From Candidatus Latescibacterota bacterium (GTDB taxonomy: Bacteria; Latescibacterota; UBA2968; GCA-2709665), in assembly GCA_965203805.1 (NCBI GenBank), contig OZ241917.1, positions 864,001 through 928,000 of the forward strand: DNA of 64,000 nt, in the 5' to 3' direction. The notes beneath the pieces are model-generated. The model saw nothing but the letters and a program-made list of their open reading frames with translations, ran no database searches and had not been told where the DNA came from. Below, in pieces: positions 17,643 through 28,448 of this stretch (position 1 is its first letter; each line of letters begins with the position of its first letter). Both the position numbers and the translations under genes were made by a program.

Positions 17643-18413
17643 TCAGGCAGTCCATTCCGGGGCAGAACACGAGGTCCCGCGATTCTGACCCGGTTCCGCC
17701 AACAGACGATTCACGGACTTGAACAACCCTTCAACCATCCGTTCCGTGAGCCTTCCCGTATTTATATTGTAACGGCTGAAGTGGTAACTGGCAATCAGAA
17801 TCCGGGAATCGCGCTCGAAACGGTAGGTCCTTCCGTGCACAAAACGGTATCCTGCCATCTTCTGGATGATGCCGTCCGCCCGCAGCAGACGCAGCCAGGC
17901 TTCAAACGCGTCTCTACCCATCGCCAGCACAACCCGAATCCGTCTTAAGTGTTCCGTTTCCATTTGCAGCCAGCCCAGGCAAGCGCGTTTCTCGCTGCCG
18001 TGCGGCCTGTTCGCGGGCGGGACGCACTTAACAGCGTTGGTAATGTAGACGTTATTGAGTTTCAAGCCGTCGTTCGGGTGGGTGGATTCGGGCCGATTGC
18101 AGAAACCGTGCCGGTAAAGCGCCCCGTACAGCACCCGCCCGGCCCAGTCGCCTGTAAACGGCCTGCCGGTACGGTTCGCACCGTGGGCCCCCGGCGCAAG
18201 TCCGATGACGAGCAGTTGGCCGGACGCATCGCCGAAACCCGGCACCGGTTTTGCCCAGTAGCCGTCGGCATTCCCCGTCCGGCTTTCCGTGGAAACGAAC
18301 GTGGCGCGGAAGTCAGCCAGCCGTTCGCATCTGCCGCAGTCCGCAATGGGCGTGAAAAGCAACCGTTCCGCGCCCGCCTCGTCCCGCGCGTTGCGCCGCA
18401 ATCCGACGTCCAT
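17643..18413 (-). CDS. Uracil-DNA glycosylase, family 5 (Fe-S)
   Basis: CxxC, GLAPGAHGANRTGRPFTGD, NAVKC.PP.N; start uncertain. Confidence 0.9.
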   Translation of the reverse strand: MDVGLRRNARDEAGAERLLFTPIADCGRCERLADFRATFVSTESRTGNADGYWAKPVPGFGDASGQLLVIGLAPGAHGANRTGRPFTGDWAGRVLYGALYRHGFCNRPESTHPNDGLKLNNVYITNAVKCVPPANRPHGSEKRACLGWLQMETEHLRRIRVVLAMGRDAFEAWLRLLRADGIIQKMAGYRFVHGRTYRFERDSRILIASYHFSRYNINTGRLTERMVEGLFKSVNRLLAEPGQNRGTSCSAPEWTA

Positions 18414-18532
18414 TGTGCCGCGGTGAACCCCGCGGGCCGGCAGATCTTCCGAGACATCCATAAAAAAGAGGCGGTCCCGTTGGGCCGCCTCTCCTAATAG
18501 TTCAACTTGAACCCGATTGTTCAGAAGCTGTT

Positions 18533-18895
18533 TCAGCTTCCCGGCCTGTTGCTGAAAAAAACCGCCTGTTGCGACCGGGCCATGGCCTCGTGTTCCTCGT
18601 CGGTACAAGAACTGTCGGTGGGAACATCGGGGTTCGGGCCCGCGGGCCGGTATCCGCTTCGAACCAGATAGGCTTCCAGTTCGTCGCCGCTGATGTCGGC
18701 CAGAATCTGTCCGTTGAAATCCAGGGTCGGCTGCAGCGGTTGCCCGCTCTTCCGCACCATTTCCTCGTAGTTCTCCGGAACGTTGATAATATCCTTGTCT
18801 TCGTATTCGAGTCCGTATTTGGCCAGTACCGCCCGGATGCCCCGGCTCCATCCGCATTGGGGTTTGAGATACGCGGTAATCGTGGGATTACCCAT
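18533..18895 (-). CDS. Monothiol glutaredoxin-like protein
   Basis: KPQCGWS, SGQPLQP. Confidence 0.8.
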   Translation of the reverse strand: MGNPTITAYLKPQCGWSRGIRAVLAKYGLEYEDKDIINVPENYEEMVRKSGQPLQPTLDFNGQILADISGDELEAYLVRSGYRPAGPNPDVPTDSSCTDEEHEAMARSQQAVFFSNRPGS

Positions 18896-19068
18896 TCGAG
18901 ATTCTCCTTTTCATTGAATTAGCCACCGGAACACGATGAATTCCTCTGTCACCTAACATAACGAACTTCACCGTAATTTGCAAGTCCAATCGCCTTTTGT
19001 ACGGACCGTCCGGGTTCTTCCGGGCGCACAGTGCCGAATATTCGTGCCAGCGGTTGACGCCACGCGGG

Positions 19069-19371
19069 TTACTCCGCGGCGTTCACCGCATTGGCGAAAT
19101 CGAGGTCCGCCCGGGTGACGGCGTTTTCGCTATGAGTCGTCACCGTAACCGTCAGGGTCTTCTTCCTGCTGTCAAGATGGATGTCCGAGTGATGGTTGTT
19201 GGCGTCCATGACCTGTGTAAGCGTGCGCACAAAGGCCATCGTCGGGACGAACTTCTGAAATCTCCATATTCGGTGGAGCGCCTTGTTTTCCCGATCGTAT
19301 TCCCACCCCTCCAGAGCCTTCAGGGCTTCCCGGATCTGCTCCTCGGTCACCAGGGTCTTGTCCTCGTTCAT
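19069..19371 (-). CDS. phhB: Pterin-4-alpha-carbinolamine dehydratase
   Basis: NHHSDI, TTHS, VTRADL; GGAGG SD. Confidence 0.85.
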   Translation of the reverse strand: MNEDKTLVTEEQIREALKALEGWEYDRENKALHRIWRFQKFVPTMAFVRTLTQVMDANNHHSDIHLDSRKKTLTVTVTTHSENAVTRADLDFANAVNAAE

Positions 19372-19518
19372 AACCGCCTCCCTTGAAAATGACAACCCTT
19401 GATATATGTCAGACTGCACCTGCGGCGCGAGTCGACCTGAATGCGTGTGGTCCGTAACCCGTCCCAACGGGACCGGCGTCCGGTTCGGGAGACAATATAC
19501 CAGGAATTCACAGGACGA

Positions 19519-20130
19519 TCAATCCCCGCGGAGGTTCCCGGCAGCTCCCAGCGCCCGCTCATATTCTTCCGGCGTATTGACGTTTAGCAGCGAATCCAGT
19601 TCAGGATCCACATCCCTCAACTCAGGCGCGGACAAGCGGCGGCAGTCACAACGTTCCGCAAGTAACGTGAGCCTGGAAGCGCCGGCATCCAGCATATCCT
19701 GAATCACCGGGAGTACGGACACTCGATAAACGGCGGCAAGCGGGTGCAGACGACCGTCAACGAACGGCATGGTAATCTCGGCTTCGCTTGCCAGATGCGC
19801 AAGGCGCCGAACAAAATCAGGGCGCAGAAACGGCGCGTCGCAACCACAGACGAACGCCGCATCGGCGTGTCGGGAAATGGCTTCAAGACCCGTCGCCAAC
19901 CCCTCCAGAGGCCCCCTGCCCGGCAGCCGATCCCGGATGACGCACACGTCTTCGGAAAGGCTCGGCAGTCGTTGCCCCGGCCCCGAAACCACAATCAGCG
20001 GCTCCAGCGTGCCGGCGAGCACACAGACCACGCGCTGCAGCAGGGTTTCTTCGCCGAAGCGCAGCCAGGCCTTGGGAGATCCCATTCGTCGGCTTTGTCC
20101 GCCGCACAGCACGATGCCGCCGAGTCTCAT
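19519..20130 (-). CDS. mobA: Molybdenum cofactor guanylyltransferase
   Basis: LCGGQSRRMG, GPLEG, CDAP, NVNTPEE. Confidence 0.9.
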   Translation of the reverse strand: MRLGGIVLCGGQSRRMGSPKAWLRFGEETLLQRVVCVLAGTLEPLIVVSGPGQRLPSLSEDVCVIRDRLPGRGPLEGLATGLEAISRHADAAFVCGCDAPFLRPDFVRRLAHLASEAEITMPFVDGRLHPLAAVYRVSVLPVIQDMLDAGASRLTLLAERCDCRRLSAPELRDVDPELDSLLNVNTPEEYERALGAAGNLRGD

Positions 20131-20231
20131 CTCAGATATCCAGGACGACGAACGCCCGCAGCAGAAGCCACCAGAAGGCGCAGCAACGTGGTCCTGTCGC
20201 TGCCCGGCGTGACGGGCATGACATGCTCCTC

Positions 20232-21176
20232 TCAGTCGTGTTCGCTGTTTGCATAGTGGTTCTGCAGCGGATCCAGGCCGAAGTCGTTCTCCAGGTCGCG
20301 CAGTACGGAGTGAATGTGGTTCGCGTCGTTCTGGGTGTTGTCGTATTCCACCAGATGGGTTGGACCATGGATCCGGTAATAATGCTTCTCCCCGGGTTGT
20401 ATCCCGCCGGCCCAGGCGAAGTGAAGACGGTCCACCCCCGCTTTTCGAATGCGAGCCAGATGAGCTTGCGCAAGGTCCGGCCGGAGGTTCGTTGCGTACA
20501 CCTCCAGAATCCGCATCACCGCTTCTTTCTGCGGCGGCGGCATTTCAGAAACGGGCAGACCCTCCGGATCGCCGATCCGCGCCACCTTGCTGTTTCGAGT
20601 GAGGATATCGCTAGGCGCATCCGCCGCGATCCGGACCGCGTTCTGCAGATCCCCGGGCAGCGCATTCAGAACGCCTCGCGCGAGGTCCTCTTCGTCACGC
20701 AGCACGCGCCAGCCCCGCCGCTCTCCAGAGGGCACACGCGCCGGGTTCGCGCCCCAGAAGGCCGGTGTGGACGCCACCTTTTTATTCTCGCCGACCGAAA
20801 CCGTCAGAGACAGGTGGTGGCCGTCGATTCGCCAGCCCCAGGTTCCGTTTCCCGAAACAAGATCGCCAAACAGCGTCAGAAAGTACCCGTCCGGATCCCT
20901 CCGAAATCGCGACGTCTGCGCCTCGATCTGTCCGAGGATGCCCTCGAGAACCATGATGTCCAGTGCTTTCTGATATCCGGCGTCGCTGAACGCGCATTTC
21001 AACAGACGATGAGCCGCGTCCCGCTGGGCCTGCGTCATTTCCCTGAAAGGCACGCCGTTCCGCTTGACGGGTACGTAGTTCCAGTTGAAACGCTCCTCGT
21101 TTTCGAACGCATACAGAACCCGCTTCCGTTGTTCCGCGGTGAGTTCGTTCATGAAATCCTGAGCTTCGCGCAGCAT
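20232..21176 (-). CDS. DUF3500-family protein
   Basis: WGWRIDGHHLS, YYRIHGP, EYDNTQNDANHIHSV. Confidence 0.85.
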   Translation of the reverse strand: MLREAQDFMNELTAEQRKRVLYAFENEERFNWNYVPVKRNGVPFREMTQAQRDAAHRLLKCAFSDAGYQKALDIMVLEGILGQIEAQTSRFRRDPDGYFLTLFGDLVSGNGTWGWRIDGHHLSLTVSVGENKKVASTPAFWGANPARVPSGERRGWRVLRDEEDLARGVLNALPGDLQNAVRIAADAPSDILTRNSKVARIGDPEGLPVSEMPPPQKEAVMRILEVYATNLRPDLAQAHLARIRKAGVDRLHFAWAGGIQPGEKHYYRIHGPTHLVEYDNTQNDANHIHSVLRDLENDFGLDPLQNHYANSEHD

Positions 21177-21234
21177 GGAACTCCTCCCCGTGAGGGTGCC
21201 TGTGGTAAAGAGTCGGTTTTCGCGATTGAAGCCG

Positions 21235-23301
21235 TCAGTTGGACGAATCGCGCACCGATGCCCGGAATTCCGCGACGGCCAACTGTTTATTCGTCGTTTC
21301 GCCCGCCTTGAGCGCCACGAGGATAGGGGCGGGGGACGAACTCTCTGCAAGCGACGAATCCGTTTGTACGCCCGTCGCCGTGTCCACCAGTACCTCGTAG
21401 ACGCCGTCGGGCTTCCAGAAATCCCGAGAGGGACGCCCCGCCGTCGCGCCTGCCATAAACGCCGTCCAGATCGGCACGGCGTCGCGCCCGCCGGTGATCC
21501 GGGGATGTCTGCCGGTTTTCCGGTCGAAACCGACCCAGACACTGGCCACCAGTCCGGGCGTAAAGCCGGTAAACCAGGCGTCCGCATGGTCATTTGTCGT
21601 GCCTGTCTTCCCCGCCGCCGGCCGGAGAAATCCCCGTGACCTTACGCCGCGGCCGGTACCTCGATGGATGACGTTTTGAAGCATTCGAATCATGACATAG
21701 GCATCGGCGGCATCGATGACGGGAACGGGTTGCACGCGGTGCGAGTACACGACTCGACCCTCTGAATCTTCAATCCGCCGCACAAAAGCGGGCGCCACCC
21801 GGACCCCGTAGTTGGCGATGGTGGCATAGGTCGCAGCCAACTCCAGCGGCGAAACCTCGCTTGCGCCAAGCGCGACGCTCGGATAGGGCTCCATCGAACG
21901 CCGAATGCCGAGGCGCGTCCCCATTTCCACCACCCGCTCGGGACCGATCCGATCCATAATCTGCACGCTGACGGAGTTTGCGGAATTCGTCAGCGCCCAC
22001 GCCGCAGTCGTCAGGCCCAGATACCGATCCCTGTAATTTCCGGGGGACCACGGCTTCCCGTTCACTGTATAGGTCCGGCGTTCATCCACAAACAACGACA
22101 CGGGCGATATCGCGCCCGCCGCCAGCGCTGCCAGAAACACGACCGGCTTGAATCCCGATCCCGGCTGCCGCCGGGCGGTCGTTGCCCGATTGTAGTGGCT
22201 GATGAAGATGTCACGGCCGCCAACCAATGCCCGCACGTATCCCGTTGCCGGTTCCATGCTGACAAGCGCAGACTGGATATATCCCGCCCTGCCCGCTTTG
22301 CCGGCGCGCTCGTACGGACCAAATCCAAGCCGCGCGTCCACCTCCGCAAGCCCCTTCCCCACAGCCTTTTCCGCGGCTTTCTGCATGTGAAAATCCAACG
22401 TCGTATGGATGTTCAATGCACCAAAGCTGAGCGCGGACCGGCCCCATTGACGTACCACCTGCTCTTTGATGATCTCGACGAAATACGGCGTTCGGTTCCG
22501 GTCGCGGACTCGCGTCGCCAGTACCGGTGACTGGGCGAGAGCACCTTGCAGCGTGTCCGCATCCAGGTAGCCCGCCGCATGCATGCGCCTCAGAACGTGT
22601 GCGGTACGCGCGGCGGCCTGCCGCCCGCCGTCCCGGAATGGATTCAACGCGCCGGGCGAGTTCGGCAACCCGGCCAGCATGGCCGCCTCCACCAGACTCA
22701 GGTCGGCGGCGGCCTTTCCGAAAAACGTCCGCGCCGCATCCTCCACGCCATAGGCGTTGGTACCGAAGAAGCTTCCGTTGATGTAGATTTCCAGCAGTCG
22801 GTCTTTGGCCGCCTTTCCGTACAACCTGGAAAACATCGCTTCCAGTTGCATGGCCAGCAGCAACTCCCTCGCCTTCCGAAGATAAGTCTTCTCGCGCGTC
22901 AGGAACACGTTCTTGACGATCTGCTGGGTAATCGTGCTTCCGCCCCTGACTTTTCGGAAGTGCGTCAGGTTTGCCAAAAATGCGCCCACGATACCCTTCA
23001 GGCTGATTCCACGGTGTTCGTAAAACGATTCGTCTTCGGTCGCGACCACCGCCTTGATAAACCAGGGACTCACCTGGTCCAGCCGTACGTGCCTAACCCG
23101 ACGGTTGAACGTAAACAACAGCTCCCCGGAGTCCGCGTAGATATTCACGCCAGCCTGGCTTCGCAACGCGTCGGGGTCGGGTGGAATCCGTGGAAGCGTC
23201 GTCACCAGCCACACGAAGCCGAGGCCCGCGAGGAGAACGGCGTCGACTCCCATAATGAAACCCGTCCGTGTCCAGTCGTTCCGAAGTGAAGCACGGAACA
23301 T
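21235..23301 (-). CDS. Class A penicillin-binding protein (PBP1A family)
   Basis: EDESFYEH, GGSTITQQ, RQPGSGFK, KTGTT. Confidence 0.93.
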   Translation of the reverse strand: MFRASLRNDWTRTGFIMGVDAVLLAGLGFVWLVTTLPRIPPDPDALRSQAGVNIYADSGELLFTFNRRVRHVRLDQVSPWFIKAVVATEDESFYEHRGISLKGIVGAFLANLTHFRKVRGGSTITQQIVKNVFLTREKTYLRKARELLLAMQLEAMFSRLYGKAAKDRLLEIYINGSFFGTNAYGVEDAARTFFGKAAADLSLVEAAMLAGLPNSPGALNPFRDGGRQAAARTAHVLRRMHAAGYLDADTLQGALAQSPVLATRVRDRNRTPYFVEIIKEQVVRQWGRSALSFGALNIHTTLDFHMQKAAEKAVGKGLAEVDARLGFGPYERAGKAGRAGYIQSALVSMEPATGYVRALVGGRDIFISHYNRATTARRQPGSGFKPVVFLAALAAGAISPVSLFVDERRTYTVNGKPWSPGNYRDRYLGLTTAAWALTNSANSVSVQIMDRIGPERVVEMGTRLGIRRSMEPYPSVALGASEVSPLELAATYATIANYGVRVAPAFVRRIEDSEGRVVYSHRVQPVPVIDAADAYVMIRMLQNVIHRGTGRGVRSRGFLRPAAGKTGTTNDHADAWFTGFTPGLVASVWVGFDRKTGRHPRITGGRDAVPIWTAFMAGATAGRPSRDFWKPDGVYEVLVDTATGVQTDSSLAESSSPAPILVALKAGETTNKQLAVAEFRASVRDSSN

Positions 23302-24242
23302 CAGGGAGGCCCTCCCCCGTCGCCCAACAGTTCTTCGATTGCTCCGGGGTGCAATTCAAAAATGACCGAGGTCCGTTCCGCGTCGACATATGCCAGTTCG
23401 CCGTGGTAGCTGCCGAGCCCGCTCTGAACAATAATCTGGCTCACCCGTCCGGACCGGTACTCTTCAATTAAACGATTCCGTTCGTCGGACCTCAAGTGTT
23501 CGACGATATCCCCTGCCAGCCGTTCACGTACATCCGCCCGAATCGAGTCCGCGATCTCCAGCGAGTCTGCTCGGGCGCGCCATTCGGTCCCGCCCGCGTG
23601 GCGATACAACGCGTCGACCCGTTGCTGTACCAGGGTCTGATACCGCGCCCCCGGGAGACTCGCCAATTTCAGCAGGGAAAGCCCCTGATTGTAGGCGCTA
23701 ACGCTCCTGATCAGTTCCCGCGTATCGCGGCTCGCGCCCGTGGAGAGTTCAGTGCGCCAGACCGCGATCAGGGAAGGCCTTCCCGTCTCCGGCACGCGTT
23801 CCAGGTCGAAGCGGGCGCCTGCGACCGCATCGGGCAGGCCTTCCCTGACCGCAGGCGCCTCCATCGTCCGCAGCGTATCCTTAACCACCGCCCGCGCGTC
23901 CAGCCGCTTCCAAATGGCGCCTGTCCTGGCACGCCTCGCGTTGGTCCGGTCCAACGCAATCCCCACCCATCCCGCAATCCAGTCATTGCGATATTCCAGG
24001 CAGGCTGCGAAAACAGCAATCAGGGATATCAGAAGCAGCCCGGCGACAGGATATGCCACCTTCCTGTATCTCAACGGCAACCAGCGTCCCTCGATCATCG
24101 ACCGGACACGACGGCCGGGGGAACCGATTCGATGCAGGAAAGCCATGGTGTGTTCAAGTCGTGAAAAAAATCCCGAAACAACGCGCCTTCGGCTGTTACG
24201 GGATGGGTGGTCGGAATCGGGGGGACTGTCAGGCGGCGACAC
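23301..24242 (-). CDS. Hypothetical membrane-anchored protein
   Basis: Long ORF coupled to fba and PBP, with one hydrophobic segment; start uncertain. Confidence 0.65.
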   Translation of the reverse strand: MSPPDSPPDSDHPSRNSRRRVVSGFFSRLEHTMAFLHRIGSPGRRVRSMIEGRWLPLRYRKVAYPVAGLLLISLIAVFAACLEYRNDWIAGWVGIALDRTNARRARTGAIWKRLDARAVVKDTLRTMEAPAVREGLPDAVAGARFDLERVPETGRPSLIAVWRTELSTGASRDTRELIRSVSAYNQGLSLLKLASLPGARYQTLVQQRVDALYRHAGGTEWRARADSLEIADSIRADVRERLAGDIVEHLRSDERNRLIEEYRSGRVSQIIVQSGLGSYHGELAYVDAERTSVIFELHPGAIEELLGDGGGPP

Positions 24243-25251
24243 CCTCCATCTCCGTAACGTACTTGCCGTAACGCGCGGCCCCGTTACAACTCGCCCTGTG
24301 ATAAAACACCCTTTGAGCCGCCGCCACGTTGGCAGCCTGACCCTTCCAGACGGCGCGGGCCGGATCCTGTAACGCCCTTCCGTAAGAATAACTGAGTTCC
24401 CACGGGAAGCCGCCGATCTGATTCATTGCGTTCAGGTGCAACGTGGAACGTTCCGGGCTCTGGCCCCCGGACAGAAACACCACACCCGGAACGGCCGCAG
24501 GAACCGTGCGCCGGAGGCACCGGACAGTCGCTTCAGCCACCTCCTGAACGCCTGCCTGCACCGGACAGTTGGCGCCGGACAGTACCATGCTGGCTTTAAG
24601 CAAAGTACCTTCTAGAACGACCCCGTGCTCTCCCAACTCTGAAAACACGCTGCGTAACACCGATTCGGTCGCCTGTTCGCACTGCTCGATAGTATGGTCG
24701 CCATCCATCAACACTTCGGGCTCCACGATGGGCACAAGCCCCACCTCCTGGCATCCGGCGGCGTAACGGGCGAGGGCGTGGGCATTGGCCTGGATGCACG
24801 CTCGCGTGGGAATCCCGCCGCCAATGGCGATGGCCGCCCGCCATTTGGCGAATCGGGCGCCACTATTGTGATACGCCTCCAACCGGCTCCGGAGTCCGTC
24901 CAGACCCTCGGTTATCTGTTCATCCGGAAATCCCGCCAGCGGCACGAGCCCGGTGTCCGCCTTGATACCGGTTAACATCCCCCGGTCGGCCAGCAACCGG
25001 GGAAACGGCACGCCGCCGATCGAGGCCGTGTTCAGCGTCTCCTCGAACAGAATGACGCCGCTGACAAAATCCGCCAGGTCCGGTGTCGTGAACAACATAT
25101 CGCGATACGCGCGCCGTGCTTCCGCCGTGGGTTCCACGCCGATATCGGCAAAACGCTTCGTGATGGTACCCATACTCTCGTCTGCCGCCAGAATTCCTCT
25201 GCCCGCGGGTACCAGTGCGCAAGCCGTGGCTTCGAGTTCCGCTCTTGACAT
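24229..25251 (-). CDS. Fructose-bisphosphate aldolase class I
   Basis: GILAADES, FAKWR, VPIVEPE, FLSGGQS, SYGRALQ. Confidence 0.95.
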   Translation of the reverse strand: MSRAELEATACALVPAGRGILAADESMGTITKRFADIGVEPTAEARRAYRDMLFTTPDLADFVSGVILFEETLNTASIGGVPFPRLLADRGMLTGIKADTGLVPLAGFPDEQITEGLDGLRSRLEAYHNSGARFAKWRAAIAIGGGIPTRACIQANAHALARYAAGCQEVGLVPIVEPEVLMDGDHTIEQCEQATESVLRSVFSELGEHGVVLEGTLLKASMVLSGANCPVQAGVQEVAEATVRCLRRTVPAAVPGVVFLSGGQSPERSTLHLNAMNQIGGFPWELSYSYGRALQDPARAVWKGQAANVAAAQRVFYHRASCNGAARYGKYVTEMEGVAA

Positions 25252-25345
25252 CGACAACGACCTCACTTCCCGGTGTTATACGGCATGGTTGAATATGCAC
25301 CGTAGAATATACGTTATAATTGGACGCTGTCCAGCAGATTCAGGT

Positions 25346-26308
25346 CTATATTCCGGAATCCGTGAGACCATCGACGGCCTTCCGGTCGGCACGCGTTGTA
25401 TCAAATGTCCACACATCGTTGTAGACAGTGCTTCCCGCGATAGACCCGCTGTACCCGCCTAGCAGCCAGATCTTCTCCCGGAAGTCCAGGCATGGAAACG
25501 CGTGGCGAATCCCCCACGGCGCAACGCGGTGACTGCGCTGCCATGTCCGGCCGTCGTCGGAATACCAGACGTCGTTCATATTGATGGCCGGCTCGATGGC
25601 CCCGCCGGCAATCCAAATCTTGCCGGCGTATCTGAAGCTGCTGTGGAACCGCCGGGGGTTCCAGCCCGCAAGGGTTGCCTCCGGTTTCCACGATACGCCG
25701 TCCGACGAACTCCAGACATCGTTATAGTTGACACGGCGATCGTGATAATTCCCTCCTCCGAGAATCCACATCCTGTTGCTGTGTTCGATGGCCGGAAACA
25801 TGGCCCGAGGGGCCCAGTTCGCGGACTTGGCGACAAGATCCCATTGACGCCCGTCCTCCGAGCACCAGACGTCGCCGTAATGCGCCTTTTCTTCCCAGTT
25901 GAGCCCGCCCAGAACCCAGATCCGGTTATCGTAAACCAGGCAGCCGAAGGCGCCGCGACAGCCCCACGGGGCACGATGTGTCACACGATCCCAGTTGCGG
26001 CCGTCGCCCGAACACCAGATATCCCCGAGCGTCTGTACACCGTCAAATCCGCCCATCAACCATATTCGGCCTCGCAAGACCACGCAACCCGCCAGATTCC
26101 GGGCTGGCCAGGGCGCCGCCGGCAGCAGGCATTCCCACGAGAGACCGTCTTTGGAACGCCACACGTCATTCAGACGCGGAAAGTTTGCGGGACCCAGCAT
26201 CTGCCAGCCGCCGAGAAGCCAGATCTGATCCCCGAAGACCGCGGCTCCCGGCGAATCTCTGGGCGGCCATGGCGCGGATTCGGTGATACGATTCCAGGTC
26301 CCGGTCAT
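25346..26308 (-). CDS. Kelch-like beta-propeller protein
   Basis: Six repeats of W..R...IWxxGG...DVWxSxDGxxW. Confidence 0.85.
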   Translation of the reverse strand: MTGTWNRITESAPWPPRDSPGAAVFGDQIWLLGGWQMLGPANFPRLNDVWRSKDGLSWECLLPAAPWPARNLAGCVVLRGRIWLMGGFDGVQTLGDIWCSGDGRNWDRVTHRAPWGCRGAFGCLVYDNRIWVLGGLNWEEKAHYGDVWCSEDGRQWDLVAKSANWAPRAMFPAIEHSNRMWILGGGNYHDRRVNYNDVWSSSDGVSWKPEATLAGWNPRRFHSSFRYAGKIWIAGGAIEPAINMNDVWYSDDGRTWQRSHRVAPWGIRHAFPCLDFREKIWLLGGYSGSIAGSTVYNDVWTFDTTRADRKAVDGLTDSGI

Positions 26309-26450
26309 CCTGCAGGTGCACCGCCCGGAACGCCCGTCATGCTGCGGACTTCCCTTTTTTGTTTTCCAACGCCTTGCTTTTCCGATATATTTGACATCTG
26401 TCACCTCCCAGGTCGCGAATCGATGAAACCCGTGGCGCTTCCGCAATCCT

Positions 26451-27269
26451 ATGTACAGTACGCTCGTTTACGCCGTCTTCAGCCAACTCGCCGTCGGTGG
26501 GCTGTTATCGATGCTGGTTGTTCCGCTTGAAGCCGGCAAACGCTTTTTCCGGTTCTGCACAATCGCTTGTCTCGTGTTTCTCGTCCTCGCCCTGAGGGCA
26601 GGGCCATTCCCTGTCCTGACACCATCGGTGAATGGCGCGACGGGCGACTTGCTGCCCCGTCGGCTGCTGTTGGCCTGCGCCCTGCTTGCCCTCGTCTATC
26701 TGATTGCGGTTCTGGCCGAACGCATCAGGCCGCAAAGACCACTGCTTGCCGCCACGGCTCTGACCGGTGCGGTCGGATTGCTGTCGGACGGCTGGATTGC
26801 CTGCGCCGCGTGCCCTCCGTCACTTGCGAGCCCGTTGTCCGCGGCGTGTTATCTGGTTTCCGCTCTGTTCCTCGGAAGCGTCGTTTTCGCGATGATCCTG
26901 GGCCACTGGTACCTCGTGGTACCGGCGCTCCATATCAGGCCCCTTCGTGCCCTCACGCGTTTGATGCTGGGCGCTACGCTTGCCAAAGTGACGCTGACCG
27001 CGCTCACGATGTACGTCTTCTGGACGGACGGGGACACGCTTACCCGCGAAACGCTGCGGTCTTTCTGGGGAATCGGCGGGCTCTTTCTCTGGGTAAGGGT
27101 ACTCTTCGGGTTGCTGGGTCCGCTTATCGTGGGCTTCATGGTCTGGCAGACCGTGAAGATACACTCGACCCAATCGGCCACAGGCCTGCTATATGTGGCG
27201 ACGATCTTCGTGCTGATCGGGGAATGTGTTTCCGCTTATATTTTCTATACAACCACCATACCGGTTTAG
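26451..27269 (+). CDS. Polytopic membrane protein (DmsC/NrfD-like)
   Basis: About 8 TM segments; AMILGHWYLV and TQSATGLLY. Confidence 0.7.
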   Translation: MYSTLVYAVFSQLAVGGLLSMLVVPLEAGKRFFRFCTIACLVFLVLALRAGPFPVLTPSVNGATGDLLPRRLLLACALLALVYLIAVLAERIRPQRPLLAATALTGAVGLLSDGWIACAACPPSLASPLSAACYLVSALFLGSVVFAMILGHWYLVVPALHIRPLRALTRLMLGATLAKVTLTALTMYVFWTDGDTLTRETLRSFWGIGGLFLWVRVLFGLLGPLIVGFMVWQTVKIHSTQSATGLLYVATIFVLIGECVSAYIFYTTTIPV

Positions 27270-27273
27270 ACCC

Positions 27274-27720
27274 ATGGAAATCAGCTTCCGCTGTTACGAC
27301 TGCCAGACCGTCAACCAGGTTCGGCCTTCGACGGCCGAAACCACCTGTACGGCCTGCGGCCGAATGTTCCCGATGGCTTTCTCGAATAATATCCTGCACG
27401 GCAATCAGGTTGACGTCTGCCCTCGATGCGAAAAGACCGATTTTTACGTCCAAAGAGACTTCAACGGAAAAATCGGCCTGGCGATCGCGGTGCTTTTTGC
27501 CGTCATCGGGCTTGTTTTCGTGGCGCTGGACCGCCCTGTATACTTCTACCTCTGTCTGGGCGCGGCCGCGGTTATCGACCTTGCGCTCTACCTGTGCCTG
27601 CCGGAAATCACGATCTGCTACAGTTGCAAGACTGCTTTTCGCGGCGCCCGCAAGAACCCCAAGCATCAGCCGTTCGACCTGCATACCGCAGACATGTACG
27701 ATAACCGCGCCAGGGGATGA
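27274..27720 (+). CDS. Zinc-ribbon membrane protein
   Basis: Four CxxC pairs plus two TM segments. Confidence 0.75.
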   Translation: MEISFRCYDCQTVNQVRPSTAETTCTACGRMFPMAFSNNILHGNQVDVCPRCEKTDFYVQRDFNGKIGLAIAVLFAVIGLVFVALDRPVYFYLCLGAAAVIDLALYLCLPEITICYSCKTAFRGARKNPKHQPFDLHTADMYDNRARG

Positions 27721-27800
27721 CCCGCCGTGAAGCGGGGTCGGCACAACCGGTAGACCGGGTTATCTTTCGTCAACCGGTTTTGGTACCGGACCGTCGGCCG

Positions 27801-28370
27801 TCAGTCTGTGGCGCCAAAGGCCAGCCCCAGGCTGATCCGAAACGACGAGTCCGCCTCGTCGTCGGCGATCATCATCTTGATTTCACCGAACCAGAGCATC
27901 CCGGGGCCGAACCGTCTGCGGAACCCGAGGGGAACATTCAGGGTAACCTTCGTATCCTCGGGTACAGACACGTTTATGGCGCCCCCCTGCCCACCGGGCT
28001 CGATAATGTCCCATCGCGACAGATGTACGCCGATTCCGCCGCCTATGTAGCCGACGGTGTTGCCCTGGCCGAAGATGAACTGGGCTTCGCCGTTGATGGA
28101 ATACATCTTCAAATTGTCCTGTATAACCAGATCCACACCCGGTACGAGATGGAGACGGGGAATGAAGATGGAACCGAAGTCCACGTGCCCGCCGACCGCC
28201 AGCCGGGCTGAGTCAAATTCATACCCCACGTATTCCTGGGACTCCTGACGCGTCAGGTCCACGCCAGCCTTCAGCCCCAGCCCGCGCAGCCCGAGCGCGT
28301 CTGCCCGGCAGTGAACCGAAACCAGACATGCGGTAACCAGTCCAAACGTCCACCATGTATATTTACGCAT
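27801..28370 (-). CDS. Secreted outer-membrane beta-barrel-like protein
   Basis: Signal peptide; alternating amphipathic strands (GYIGGGIGVH). Confidence 0.65.
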   Translation of the reverse strand: MRKYTWWTFGLVTACLVSVHCRADALGLRGLGLKAGVDLTRQESQEYVGYEFDSARLAVGGHVDFGSIFIPRLHLVPGVDLVIQDNLKMYSINGEAQFIFGQGNTVGYIGGGIGVHLSRWDIIEPGGQGGAINVSVPEDTKVTLNVPLGFRRRFGPGMLWFGEIKMMIADDEADSSFRISLGLAFGATD

Positions 28371-28448
28371 AGGGATGCCCCCGTTTCCGTTGTCGCCCGG
28401 CGGCGGGCGCCGTTCAGGCAATGCGCCACGCCGACCGCCATCGTGCCA

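Noticed and set aside
17643-18857. 404-aa UDG as given in the ORF track
   Set aside because: The upstream part overlaps the glutaredoxin in another frame; only the part below about 18413 is UDG.
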